Shown one piece after another: positions 38,118-47,693 of a stretch of 64,000 nucleotides of DNA (position 1 is the stretch's first letter; each line of letters opens with the position of its first letter). Both the position numbers and the translations under genes were made by a program. A model generated the notes under the pieces. That model was not told the DNA's origin. It made no database searches and saw only the letters and a program-made list of their open reading frames with translations. This stretch comes from Patescibacteria group bacterium (GTDB taxonomy: Bacteria > Patescibacteriota > JAQUNI01): NCBI GenBank assembly GCA_028717685.1, contig JAQUNI010000001.1, positions 548,062 through 612,061 on the forward strand, written 5' to 3'.

Positions 38118-40457
38118 ATGGATCTTATGTTTCATTCTCCGAACGCGCGGCGCCGGGGCAGACCCAAAGGAGCAAAAAGCAGAAGAAGGGGTCGGCCTCC
38201 GAAAAAACAAAGCATTATGGGAGAGAGCCATGAGGAATTAATTTCCCGCCTTAATCCCCGTATGACACGGGCAGTGGTTTTAATCTTGTTTTTCATAAGC
38301 GGCGCTCTAGGGGTTTTAAGTGTCTTTGGTCGTGCCGGCATTTTAGGACAATATTGTAAACTTCTTCTCATTAATCTTTTTGGCTGGTCTTATTTTTTTA
38401 TCCCATTTTTTATTTTGATCTTGGCTTATTTTGTTTTGAGAGCTCAACATTATCATTTGCGTAAATGGAATTATCTCGGTGCGGCTTTGTTTTTAGTAAA
38501 TTTAGTCGCTTTATTCCAGCTGATTTTAGCCCGCAATTTGGGTTTTCAGGAGATGAAAGGAATCGCCGGCGGCGGTTATTTAGGTTTTGCGGCCACCTTT
38601 TTTCCCCAGAAATTTTTAGGCCTCGGGGGTAGTTTGGTTTTGGTAGTTGGACTTTTTGTTCTAGGCGTCTTCTTAATGTTTAATATTTCTTTAAGGGGTG
38701 TGGCCCAAACTACAAAAGAGGGACTAAATAAAGCTCATTTATTGGGCGCGAAATTGAAATTCGGGCAAGGGGATGATGTTGCGATTAGGGATTTGGATGG
38801 CGAGCCGAATTTAATGAGCACCGCAGAGATTGAAAAAGCAATGCGGCGGGAACAAAAGAAAGATCGGCCCCAGATTCATTTACCTGTGGATGTGGATTTA
38901 AATATAGCAAGCAGTAAGAGAGCAGAATCTTTCATTGATACTAGTTGGATTCTACCCCCTCTTACTCTCCTTAAAGAAGCGCGAGGCAAGCCAGTATCGG
39001 GTAATATCCGATTGCGCTCGCAGATTATTCAAAAGACTCTAGCGGATTTTGGCATTGCGGTGGAAATGGATCAGGTGAATATAGGGCCCACTGTGACCCA
39101 ATACACCCTCAAGCCAGCGACGGGCGTGAAGCTTAGACAAATCACTACTCTCCAGAACGATCTCTCTCTCGCCCTTGCCGCTCATCCGATCCGTATTGAA
39201 GCGCCGATTCCGGGAAAGTCATTGGTGGGGATTGAGGTTCCTAATCAAGAGGTGGCTTTAGTGCGCCTTAAAGATATTCTTGTTTCTGATCAATTTTACG
39301 GTTTAAATTCTGATCTTAAGATTGCTTTAGGCAAAGATGTGGCGGGGCATCCGGTAGTTACGGATTTGGAGAGGATGCCTCATCTTTTAATTGGAGGAGC
39401 GACCGGCAGCGGCAAATCCGTATGCTTGAATGGCATTATTTTAAGTCTTTTATATCAGCGTTCGCCAAGGGAATTAAAATTTATTCTTGTGGATCCTAAA
39501 AGAGTAGAGATGACTAGTTATAATGATCTCCCTCATCTTTTAACGCCCGTGGTTACGGAACCCAAAAAGACCGTTAATGCTTTAAAATGGGCTGTTAAAG
39601 AGATGGACCGCCGTTTTCAAGTTTTGTCGGAAGCAGGGAAGAGAAATATAGGAGGCTTTAATGCGGCTTGTGTTCCGGAAGAACGTTTACCTTATATTGT
39701 AGTTGTTATTGATGAACTAGCCGATTTAATGGCCGTGGCCGCTAATGAGGTTGAAGCCGCTATTGTGCGGCTGGCGCAAATGGCGCGGGCGACTGGGATT
39801 CATCTTGTAGTTGCCACTCAAAGACCATCGGTTGATGTCATCACAGGCTTAATTAAAGCTAATATTACGAGTAGAATTGCTTTTAATGTCGCGAGCCACA
39901 TTGATTCGCGGACAATTATCGATACCGCGGGCGCAGATAAACTCCTTGGTAACGGTGATATGCTTTTTATTTCCTCCACAGAAAGTAAACCTAAACGGAT
40001 TCAGGGTGCTTTAGTATCGGATTCAGAGATTGAGGGAGTGGTGAAATTTTTAGGCAAACGAGAAGAACCCGAGTTCAATCCTGAAGTAACGGAAAAACAA
40101 GGCCGCTTGGGTTTCGGGGGTGTCCCTTTGCCCGAGGGGGAGGAAGAAATTGACGATGAGTTGTTTGAAGAGGCAAAAAATTTAGTAATTCAATCCGGCA
40201 AGGCTTCAGCTTCTCTTTTACAACGTCGCTTAAAGGTGGGTTATGCCCGCGCCGCCAGGCTTTTAGATTATTTAGAGGAGCAGGGGATTGTGGGGCCGTC
40301 AGACGGCGCGAAGCCGAGAGAGATTTTAACTAAAGGGAATGTGCAGATTATTAATGCCAATGGCGAATCCCAGAATACAGGGAATCAGGTCTTACGAGAG
40401 GATCTGGAACGGATTAAAACTTTTGAAGATGAAGAAAGGAATAATGGGAATTATTAA
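38118..40457 (+). CDS. ftsK: DNA translocase FtsK/SpoIIIE
   Basis: Basic AT-hook-like N-terminus (RRRGRPKG, RRRGRPPKK), four TM segments, motor domain with GGATGSGKS, and a C-terminal winged-helix gamma domain. Confidence 0.9.
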   Translation: MDLMFHSPNARRRGRPKGAKSRRRGRPPKKQSIMGESHEELISRLNPRMTRAVVLILFFISGALGVLSVFGRAGILGQYCKLLLINLFGWSYFFIPFFILILAYFVLRAQHYHLRKWNYLGAALFLVNLVALFQLILARNLGFQEMKGIAGGGYLGFAATFFPQKFLGLGGSLVLVVGLFVLGVFLMFNISLRGVAQTTKEGLNKAHLLGAKLKFGQGDDVAIRDLDGEPNLMSTAEIEKAMRREQKKDRPQIHLPVDVDLNIASSKRAESFIDTSWILPPLTLLKEARGKPVSGNIRLRSQIIQKTLADFGIAVEMDQVNIGPTVTQYTLKPATGVKLRQITTLQNDLSLALAAHPIRIEAPIPGKSLVGIEVPNQEVALVRLKDILVSDQFYGLNSDLKIALGKDVAGHPVVTDLERMPHLLIGGATGSGKSVCLNGIILSLLYQRSPRELKFILVDPKRVEMTSYNDLPHLLTPVVTEPKKTVNALKWAVKEMDRRFQVLSEAGKRNIGGFNAACVPEERLPYIVVVIDELADLMAVAANEVEAAIVRLAQMARATGIHLVVATQRPSVDVITGLIKANITSRIAFNVASHIDSRTIIDTAGADKLLGNGDMLFISSTESKPKRIQGALVSDSEIEGVVKFLGKREEPEFNPEVTEKQGRLGFGGVPLPEGEEEIDDELFEEAKNLVIQSGKASASLLQRRLKVGYARAARLLDYLEEQGIVGPSDGAKPREILTKGNVQIINANGESQNTGNQVLREDLERIKTFEDEERNNGNY

Positions 40458-40550
40458 TACGCGAATCAGGAATCAGGAAGTTAAAAAAATCGGGCAAAAG
40501 CCCGATTTTGTAATTGAAATAAGAAGAATCGTTTTTTTTATTTAATCTCC

Positions 40551-42179
40551 TTACTTGATTCTTTTCGCGCTCGCGCGAATAAATTCCAGAAACAACGGAT
40601 GTGGATGCAGGGGTCGGGAAGTGAATTCGGGGTGAAATTGGGTGGCTAAGAAGAAAGGATGCGAGGCGAGTTCAATAATTTCTACGAGATTTCTTGCCGG
40701 GTTAATTCCGCTGACCGCTAATCCCTTCTTCTCTAATATTTTACGATACTGGTTATTAAATTCATAGCGGTGGCGGTGGCGTTCCGCAATGTGGGTTTTA
40801 TTGTAAGCGCGGCGCGCGATTGTGTTTGGCAGAATCTCGCACGCATAATTGCCCAGACGTTGCGTGTCCCCGTATTTTTTGTTTTTTAAAAATTCTTTTT
40901 GTTCGCTCATTAAGCTAATCACAGGATAAGAGGTTTTAGGATTGATTTCTGTGGTGTGGGCGTTTTTCATCCCCGCCACATTGCGGGCAAATTCTATAGT
41001 GGCGAGTTGCATGCCGTAGCACAAGCCCAAGAAAGGAATCTTATTTTCCCGCAGATATTGGATGGCTAAAATTTTTCCATCCACACCTCGTGAACCATAC
41101 CCGCCGGGCACGATGACGCCATCGTAATTTTTTAGCTCGGTTAAATCTTTGGGGTTTTTTTCATATTTTTCACTGGCAAGCCATTGAATAATTGGCTTTA
41201 AATGATTAGCCCAAGCGGCGTGTTTTATTGCTTCTATGACCGAGATGTATGAATCTTCCAGCGTAAAATCGCCGGTTTGAAAATATTTTCCCACAATACC
41301 GATTTTTACCTCTCTTTTGACGTTTTTAATTGTCTGCACTAATTTTCTCCAAGCCGCAAGGTCGTTTTTTCTTGGTTTAAGATGAAAGTGGGCGAGAATT
41401 TTTTCGCCTAATTTTTGTTCATCCAGAATGAGGGGCACCTCATAAATTGATTCTACATCCGGGTTAGAAATTACGTGTTCTTTGAGCACGCTGCAAAAGA
41501 CGGAAATTTTGTCTTTCCTTTTCTCGTCTAAAGGCCGGGCAGCGCGGCCGATTACAAAATCAGGCTGGATACCCGCGGCATTTAAAGTGCGGACAGAATA
41601 TTGGACAGGTTTGGTTTTCATCTCTCCTACAGTAGAGGGAATAGGGAGGTAAGAAACATGGACATGGGAGACGTGTTTGGGGTCTTCCCATTTCATCATC
41701 CGATTTGCCTCCAAAAAAAGTACCCCCTGATATTCGCCGACCGTGCCTCCGAGTTCAACAATCACAAATTCAGCTTTAGCTTTTTTCCCCGCTTCCTTGA
41801 CGCGGCAAATAATTTCTTCGGGAACGTGAGGCACCACTTCCACATCCTCCCCATCATATTCCAGGTTCCTTTCGCGGCGAATCACCGCCTCATAAATCTG
41901 ACCGGTGGTTAAAAAATTGGAAGCGTTAAGGTCTGTTTCTGTAAATCTTTCATAAGAGCCAATATCCTGATCAGTTTCAATGCCATCGTCTGTGACAAAG
42001 ACTTCGCCATGTTCAGTCGGTCGAATCGTGCCCGCGTCAATATTAACATACATTTCGCATTTGACATTGGTGACGCGATAGCCTTTCGCTTGTAAAAGTT
42101 TAGCAATGGAAGCGGCGGTAATCCCTTTGCCTAGGCTAGAGATTACGCCGCCGGAGATGAAAATGTATTTAGTGGTCAT
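40551..42179 (-). CDS. pyrG: CTP synthase
   Basis: 542 aa with an N-terminal synthetase domain (ISGGVISSLGKG) and a C-terminal glutamine amidotransferase domain (GLCYGMQ, catalytic His-Glu pair). Confidence 0.97.
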   Translation of the reverse strand: MTTKYIFISGGVISSLGKGITAASIAKLLQAKGYRVTNVKCEMYVNIDAGTIRPTEHGEVFVTDDGIETDQDIGSYERFTETDLNASNFLTTGQIYEAVIRRERNLEYDGEDVEVVPHVPEEIICRVKEAGKKAKAEFVIVELGGTVGEYQGVLFLEANRMMKWEDPKHVSHVHVSYLPIPSTVGEMKTKPVQYSVRTLNAAGIQPDFVIGRAARPLDEKRKDKISVFCSVLKEHVISNPDVESIYEVPLILDEQKLGEKILAHFHLKPRKNDLAAWRKLVQTIKNVKREVKIGIVGKYFQTGDFTLEDSYISVIEAIKHAAWANHLKPIIQWLASEKYEKNPKDLTELKNYDGVIVPGGYGSRGVDGKILAIQYLRENKIPFLGLCYGMQLATIEFARNVAGMKNAHTTEINPKTSYPVISLMSEQKEFLKNKKYGDTQRLGNYACEILPNTIARRAYNKTHIAERHRHRYEFNNQYRKILEKKGLAVSGINPARNLVEIIELASHPFFLATQFHPEFTSRPLHPHPLFLEFIRASAKRIK

Positions 42180-42529
42180 AATATTGAATGCAAAAATTAA
42201 AAATCAATCTTTCGACTGCGCTCAAGATTGATGGTGAATAAAGTCGAACCATCAAAACGATAGTGTAAAATGTTAAAATTTCTATTTATTTTAATTTTAC
42301 AAAATATAAAAACCCTTAATTATAGTTAAAATTATTTACAGGGTTTTTTTTAATTCTTATATTTAGTTCTAACTTTATTTTATTTGTGTTAAGATAAAAA
42401 GTCAAGGGGAGGTTATCCGCCTCCACAAGTTAAAAAGACCGCTTTTATCTCAAATAGGCGGAGCTACACTTTTGCCAATGATTCCATAAAAAGTTAAAAT
42501 GATAATAGGGATTTAGAATATTTAAAACA

Positions 42530-43528
42530 ATGACCAGTTTTAGTTCTAAAAAAATTCAAGGGGAAACCTTTGGCGAGATTTTAAAGAAGAAAAGAAAGAG
42601 CATGGGCTACAGTCTTAAGCAGGTTTCGCATCGCCTCAAGATTAACTTCGGTTATCTTAAAGCTCTAGAGGCGGAAAGTTTGCAGGGGTTGCCTCCTCCT
42701 GTTTATGTGCGGGGGTTTTTAAAGCATTATGCTCGTTTTTTAGGGCTTCCAGAGGAGACAATTTTACGATATTATAGGACAGAGCGGAATATTTTAGATA
42801 ATCTTCATCCGGAGGAAAATCTGGTTTATCAAAGTAAAATCAAGAGAGTTTCTCTTTTGAATATCAGCCCAAAGGCAGTCAAATTCGGTTTTATCGCCTT
42901 AGGGATAGTGATGTTTTTTATCTATTTGGGATGGGAACTCTCGGGGTTTTCTGCCCCGCCGTCACTGAAGATTATTTCTCCGCAGGAGAATGAAAAGGTG
43001 ACTACCGACTCCATGGTGGTTGCAGGGGAGAGCGAGAAAGAGGCAGAAGTTTTTATTAATGGTCAGCCGGTTTTTGTGGACGAGGAGGGCAATTTTCGGG
43101 AGCAGATTATTCTCAACGCAGGCGTGAACCCCATTGAGATTTTAGCGCGGAATAAAATAGGGCGGGAACGCAGAGTAGCAAGGAATGTTTTAGTTTATTT
43201 GCCGGCGAATGCGGGCGCCGTAATGGACGCGGCGAAAGAAAATAATAAGGAGGAAAAACTCCAAGAGTTATCATTGCTCGTTAAGATTAAGGAGGGCGCG
43301 ACTTGGATTTCAGTAGATACGGACGGGACTAATGTTTTTCAGGGGACAATGTTGCCGGAAACTTCGCGGGAGTTTAAGGCGCGCGATAAAATCACGATTA
43401 CCTCCGGGAGCGCGGGCAATACTTATATTGTCTTTAATGGTCAGGATTTAGGAAATTTAGGTGAAAACGGGGATGTGGTTCGAAATGTAGAATTCACAAA
43501 GGATCTTAAAATACCAGATAAAAATTAA
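42530..43528 (+). CDS. RodZ-like cytoskeleton protein (XRE helix-turn-helix, TM segment, DUF4115-type C-terminus)
   Basis: N-terminal HTH (GEILKKKRKSMGYSLKQVSHRLKI), a single TM segment and a beta-rich C-terminal domain. Confidence 0.55.
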   Translation: MTSFSSKKIQGETFGEILKKKRKSMGYSLKQVSHRLKINFGYLKALEAESLQGLPPPVYVRGFLKHYARFLGLPEETILRYYRTERNILDNLHPEENLVYQSKIKRVSLLNISPKAVKFGFIALGIVMFFIYLGWELSGFSAPPSLKIISPQENEKVTTDSMVVAGESEKEAEVFINGQPVFVDEEGNFREQIILNAGVNPIEILARNKIGRERRVARNVLVYLPANAGAVMDAAKENNKEEKLQELSLLVKIKEGATWISVDTDGTNVFQGTMLPETSREFKARDKITITSGSAGNTYIVFNGQDLGNLGENGDVVRNVEFTKDLKIPDKN

Positions 43529-43531
43529 TTT

Positions 43532-44164
43532 ATGTCTTACAAAATCAAAGCAAAAAATTTGGAGAAAATGTTTAATTTTTTACATCAGGTGGAACACTTA
43601 AAATCCACCTTGAGGTATACCTCGCTCGCGAGCGGACGCAAGGAATCCAGCGCAGAACATTCTTGGCGACTAGCTTTGATGACTTTTCTCGTCGCTGAAG
43701 CATTAAAATTGGATTTAGACAGCAATCGCGCTGTCAGAGTCGCCCTTGTCCATGACATTGCTGAATCCGTCACAGGAGATATTGATGCCGTTAAGATTGG
43801 CAGAAAGGAATTTTCCAAAGAAGAGAAACATCGCCTTGAAATTAAAGCGATTAAAAAGATCAAAAATAAATTACCCTTAGGACTTAGCCGCGAAATTCAT
43901 GATTTATGGTTTGAGTATGAGAAAAGTTTAACCCCGGAAGCAAAATTCGTAAAGGCGCTGGATAAGTTAGAGACCTTAACCCAACTTGCAGAGGCAGGTT
44001 ACAAAACTTATGACGCGCCAGAGTTTATCGCGAATTATGCTGATTTGAGTGTGCAGAATTTTCCTGCTTTAAAGGGAATGTTGAAAATCGTGAAACGCAA
44101 ACTCAAAACAGAATTTAGGAAGGGGGATATTCCTTGGAAAAAGGAATATAGCACTTATCCTTAA
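43532..44164 (+). CDS. HD-domain phosphohydrolase (YfbR-like 5'-deoxynucleotidase family)
   Basis: H…HD…D motif (HSWRLALM…LVHDIAESVTGD…) typical of HD-domain hydrolases. Confidence 0.7.
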   Translation: MSYKIKAKNLEKMFNFLHQVEHLKSTLRYTSLASGRKESSAEHSWRLALMTFLVAEALKLDLDSNRAVRVALVHDIAESVTGDIDAVKIGRKEFSKEEKHRLEIKAIKKIKNKLPLGLSREIHDLWFEYEKSLTPEAKFVKALDKLETLTQLAEAGYKTYDAPEFIANYADLSVQNFPALKGMLKIVKRKLKTEFRKGDIPWKKEYSTYP

Positions 44165-44166
44165 TT

Positions 44167-44202
44167 TTAGAAGTTGCTTTCTAATATTTCGTGGGTTATA
44201 AT
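44167..44202 (+). promoter_or_regulatory. recA promoter (TTGCTT-17-TATAAT) overlapped by the palindrome TTAGAAGTTGCTTTCTAA
   Basis: -35 TTGCTT at 44174-44179, -10 TATAAT at 44197-44202. The TTAGAA-N6-TTCTAA palindrome at 44167-44184 spans the -35, the classical position for a repressor operator. Confidence 0.45.
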
Positions 44203-44252
44203 AAATTAATCTTTTTTATCCTCTTTTCTTTCAGGAGGGGAGAAGAAATAAA

Positions 44253-45275
44253 ATGACTAAAATTAATACTATGGAGGAGGGAAAATCCCAAGCCGTGGAA
44301 ATGGCGGTGAGCCAGATTAAAGAGAGGTTCGGCGAGGGTTCAATTATGAGATTGGGTGAAGCAAAGATTATGCAGGTAGAAGCGATTCCGACTGGTTCAG
44401 TTTCGCTGGACATTGCTCTTGGTATTGGCGGCGTGCCGCGAGGCCGGGTGATTGAAATTTTCGGCCCTGAATCTTCCGGCAAAACGACGTTAGCTCAACA
44501 TATTGTCGCTACGGTGCAAAAGCGCGGAGGAGTAGCGGCTTTTGTGGATGCGGAACACGCTTTGGATCCTGATTATGCTAAAGTGATTGGCGTGAATATC
44601 AATGATCTTTTTATCTCCCAGCCGGATACGGGTGAACAGGCTTTAGAGATTGTAGAAACTTTAGTCCGTTCCAACGCGATTGACGTGGTGGTAGTGGACT
44701 CGGTAGCAGCTCTTACTCCTCGGGCTGAGATTGAAGGCGAGATGGGGGACAGCCACATGGGCTTGCAAGCGCGTTTAATGAGCCAAGCCCTAAGGAAACT
44801 CACTGCGGCTATTTCTAAATCCAAAACCACGGTGATATTTTTAAATCAAACACGGATGAAGATCGGCGTTTTTTTCGGTAATCCCGAGGATACCACGGGA
44901 GGAAAGGCATTAAAATTTTATTCCTCGGTGCGCATTGAATTGAGGCGGGCGGCGCAAATTAAACAAGGCGATAAGATTATCGGCAATCGCGTGAAAGCGA
45001 AAGTAGTGAAGAATAAAGTGGCGCCGCCATTCCAAACCTGCGAATTTGACATTATGTATAATGAAGGAATTTCTTACGCAGGGGATTTGGTTGATATGGG
45101 AGTATTTTATAAAATTTTAACTAAAAGCGGTTCTTGGTATCAGTTAGACGAGGAGAAACTGGGACAGGGCAGAGAGACGAGCAAGCAATATTTAAGAAAT
45201 AATCCCAAGGTCGCGGAGATGATTCAGAAGAAGATTTGGGAGAGAGTGAATGAGCAAAGAAAGGCAGAGGTTTAG
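44253..45275 (+). CDS. recA: Recombinase RecA
   Basis: 340 aa with Walker [10 protein letters not shown] plus the L1 and L2 loops; RBS GGAGGGG. Confidence 0.97.
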   Translation: MTKINTMEEGKSQAVEMAVSQIKERFGEGSIMRLGEAKIMQVEAIPTGSVSLDIALGIGGVPRGRVIEIFGPESSGKTTLAQHIVATVQKRGGVAAFVDAEHALDPDYAKVIGVNINDLFISQPDTGEQALEIVETLVRSNAIDVVVVDSVAALTPRAEIEGEMGDSHMGLQARLMSQALRKLTAAISKSKTTVIFLNQTRMKIGVFFGNPEDTTGGKALKFYSSVRIELRRAAQIKQGDKIIGNRVKAKVVKNKVAPPFQTCEFDIMYNEGISYAGDLVDMGVFYKILTKSGSWYQLDEEKLGQGRETSKQYLRNNPKVAEMIQKKIWERVNEQRKAEV

Positions 45276-45475
45276 GTTGTGGATAACTTTTGAATCCATT
45301 GTTCGATTGTTCCATTGCTCAACTGTTACAGGTTCATTTTATTTTCCAAAAGATAAGGTCAACAATCGAACAATAGAACAATTGAGCAATCAAAATTCAA
45401 GACAGGATTAAATCCAATAAAAAAATAACCTTTAAGCGATGTTAGGTTATTTTTTATTTTCGTTATTAAAAAATT

Positions 45476-46033
45476 TTATGCTCGCTCTACGTACTCCCCT
45501 GTTTCCGTATTTACTTTTACTTTATCTCCTTTCTTAATGAACAGGGGAACGGTTAGTTTGGCATCTGTTTCTAAGGTGACCTGTTTGGTTCCTCCTTGAG
45601 CTGTGTCGCCGCGCACATCCGGAGGCGCGTCAACAACTTCAAGCACTACTTTCAGGGGGAGGTCAATGGTTATTGGTTGACCCTTAAAGATTAAGACATC
45701 AGTGCTTGTTCCTTCTTTAAGAAATTGCGCCTTCAGACCAATTTCTTTTTGCGGGAGACCAAACTGTTCATAAGTCTTTTCATCCATAAAATAGAAAATT
45801 TTGCTGTCTTTATATAAAAATTGAACCTTATTTTTAGTAATATCCGGCTCTTGAAATTTATCGTTGCCCTTAAAGTTTTTACTAAGGACATTTCCCTTGA
45901 TGAGATTTTTCAATCTTGTTTGCTGCACTGCGCCGCCGCGGCCCAATTTAACATGTTGGGAAGCAATCACTGTGTAGGGTTCGCCATTATATTCAATATT
46001 GGTGCCAATTTTTAAATCATTGATATCCAGCAT
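45476..46033 (-). CDS. efp: Elongation factor P
   Basis: 185 aa with the three-domain EF-P layout and the KPGKG-equivalent loop (VKLGRGGA). Confidence 0.95.
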   Translation of the reverse strand: MLDINDLKIGTNIEYNGEPYTVIASQHVKLGRGGAVQQTRLKNLIKGNVLSKNFKGNDKFQEPDITKNKVQFLYKDSKIFYFMDEKTYEQFGLPQKEIGLKAQFLKEGTSTDVLIFKGQPITIDLPLKVVLEVVDAPPDVRGDTAQGGTKQVTLETDAKLTVPLFIKKGDKVKVNTETGEYVERA

Positions 46034-46042
46034 AGTGGAGTT

Positions 46043-46252
46043 TTATTTAATTGTGTAAGGAAGAAGGGCCATCAAGCGGGCATTTTTAATCGCGCGCGCT
46101 AATTTGCGTTGATGGAATGAACAAGTGCCTGTTCTCTTTTTGGGTCTGATTTTACCATAATTAGACAAGCACCGTTTGATTAATTCTACATTCTTGTAGT
46201 TAATATTTTTCTTGGGGTCAACGCAAAAACGACAATATTTTTTAGGTTGCAT
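46043..46252 (-). CDS. rpsR: 30S ribosomal protein S18
   Basis: 69 aa (…RFCVDPKKNINYKNVELIKRCLSNYGKIRPKKRTG…) in an rpsF-ssb-rpsR arrangement. Confidence 0.9.
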   Translation of the reverse strand: MQPKKYCRFCVDPKKNINYKNVELIKRCLSNYGKIRPKKRTGTCSFHQRKLARAIKNARLMALLPYTIK

Positions 46253-46342
46253 AAATGAGTTAGTAACTAGTAATCAGTAATCCGTAATTGGTAAAATATT
46301 AAAAATTGTCACTGATTACTAGTACAATTTATCAGTTATTTT

Positions 46343-46897
46343 TTAAAACGGTATATCTTCAATGCTAATGCCTTCATCTTCTTCCTTTTTTTCTGGAGCG
46401 CGCGGTTTCGCCTCCTGTTCAGATGTTATTGTTTCATTCTCCGTTTCTCTGGTTAACTCCTCTTCTACATTAATGGTGGGGATTTCGGAGGCGGGGGCGG
46501 GGGGAGTTACCGTGGCGGTAGGAGCGGGTGCGGCTTGCTGATTAGGATAAGGAGACCTTCCTTGGGTGCGCGGCGGGGATAACATAATCATATCCCGGGC
46601 TATAATCTCGGTGCGATAGCGCTTGATGCCATCTTGGCCTTCCCAGTCATGAGTCTGGAGCGAGCCTTCAATATAAACTCGGTCCCCTTTTTTTAAGTAT
46701 TGACCGCAAATATCGGCTAGCTTGCGCCAGGCGACAATATTATGATATTCAACATTTTCTTGTTTCTGACCCTGGGCATTTGTCCAGACGCGGTTGGTAG
46801 CAATACCAAAATTAGCCACCGCATCTCCCGAAGGGATATTGCGGGTTTCCGGATCGCGGGTTAAGCGCCCGATAATCATTACTTTATTGAGGTCCAT
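46343..46897 (-). CDS. ssb: Single-stranded DNA-binding protein
   Basis: OB-fold N-terminus, a Pro/Gln/Ala-rich linker and an acidic tail ending DIPF. Confidence 0.9.
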   Translation of the reverse strand: MDLNKVMIIGRLTRDPETRNIPSGDAVANFGIATNRVWTNAQGQKQENVEYHNIVAWRKLADICGQYLKKGDRVYIEGSLQTHDWEGQDGIKRYRTEIIARDMIMLSPPRTQGRSPYPNQQAAPAPTATVTPPAPASEIPTINVEEELTRETENETITSEQEAKPRAPEKKEEDEGISIEDIPF

Positions 46898-46945
46898 TTT
46901 ATTTGTACTACCTCCTTGTTGTTTTGAATTAAAAAATTAGATATT

Positions 46946-47449
46946 TCAAAGCACTTCTTCTTTTAGGATCTCTTCCAATTTTTTATCCAAGTCTTCCATT
47001 TCAGCTTTAGGCTCTTTAGAGGTTTTAGAGATTTTTTTCTTCTCGGAGGGCGCTTCTTCTTGGGGAAGAGAGATTGATTTTTCAGCCTCTGGCTTAGGAA
47101 GAGCGGGTTCAGCTTGTTCTATAATATTTTCTTTTTCTTCGCTCTGAATGGCAGTTTCTTTTTCCTCTGTGACCGCTGTTAACAAAAATCTTAAGAGATG
47201 GACTACAGATTTCAGTTTTTTATCTAAAGAATCTACTTGATCTTTATTTAATTTAAACCAGGTGATATGATAATAACCTTGTTTAAAGTGTTTAATCTTG
47301 TAAGCCAAATCTTTCAGTCCCCAATATTCTTCTTTCTTAATCTCGCCACCCGATTCTTTAATAATGTTATTCGCTTGGGCAATTTTTTCCGCCGCTTCCT
47401 TTTCAGAGATTTGTGGCGAAAAAAGATACATTATTTCGTATTTGGGCAT
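46946..47449 (-). CDS. rpsF: 30S ribosomal protein S6, with an acidic/Lys-rich C-terminal extension
   Basis: N-terminal MPKYEIMYLFSPQISEK… matches S6; first gene of the rpsF-ssb-rpsR unit. Confidence 0.9.
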   Translation of the reverse strand: MPKYEIMYLFSPQISEKEAAEKIAQANNIIKESGGEIKKEEYWGLKDLAYKIKHFKQGYYHITWFKLNKDQVDSLDKKLKSVVHLLRFLLTAVTEEKETAIQSEEKENIIEQAEPALPKPEAEKSISLPQEEAPSEKKKISKTSKEPKAEMEDLDKKLEEILKEEVL

Positions 47450-47693
47450 TATTTTTCTTCTATTTTTAACAATATTTATATGGTAAATAATAGCAGAGAA
47501 ATTTTAAAAAAGCAAGGATAATGTCTGAATCTGGATTTTGGAATTTGAAATCCAGATTAAAGTTCTTTCTATGAAAAATCCATATTTTGGATTCAAGGTT
47601 TAAGATTCTGTCCTTTATTCTCTTGCTAAAGTCATTAAAAGAGAGTATAGTGTTTTTATTAAAATTTAATTTTGAGATTTTTAAAGTAAAAAT

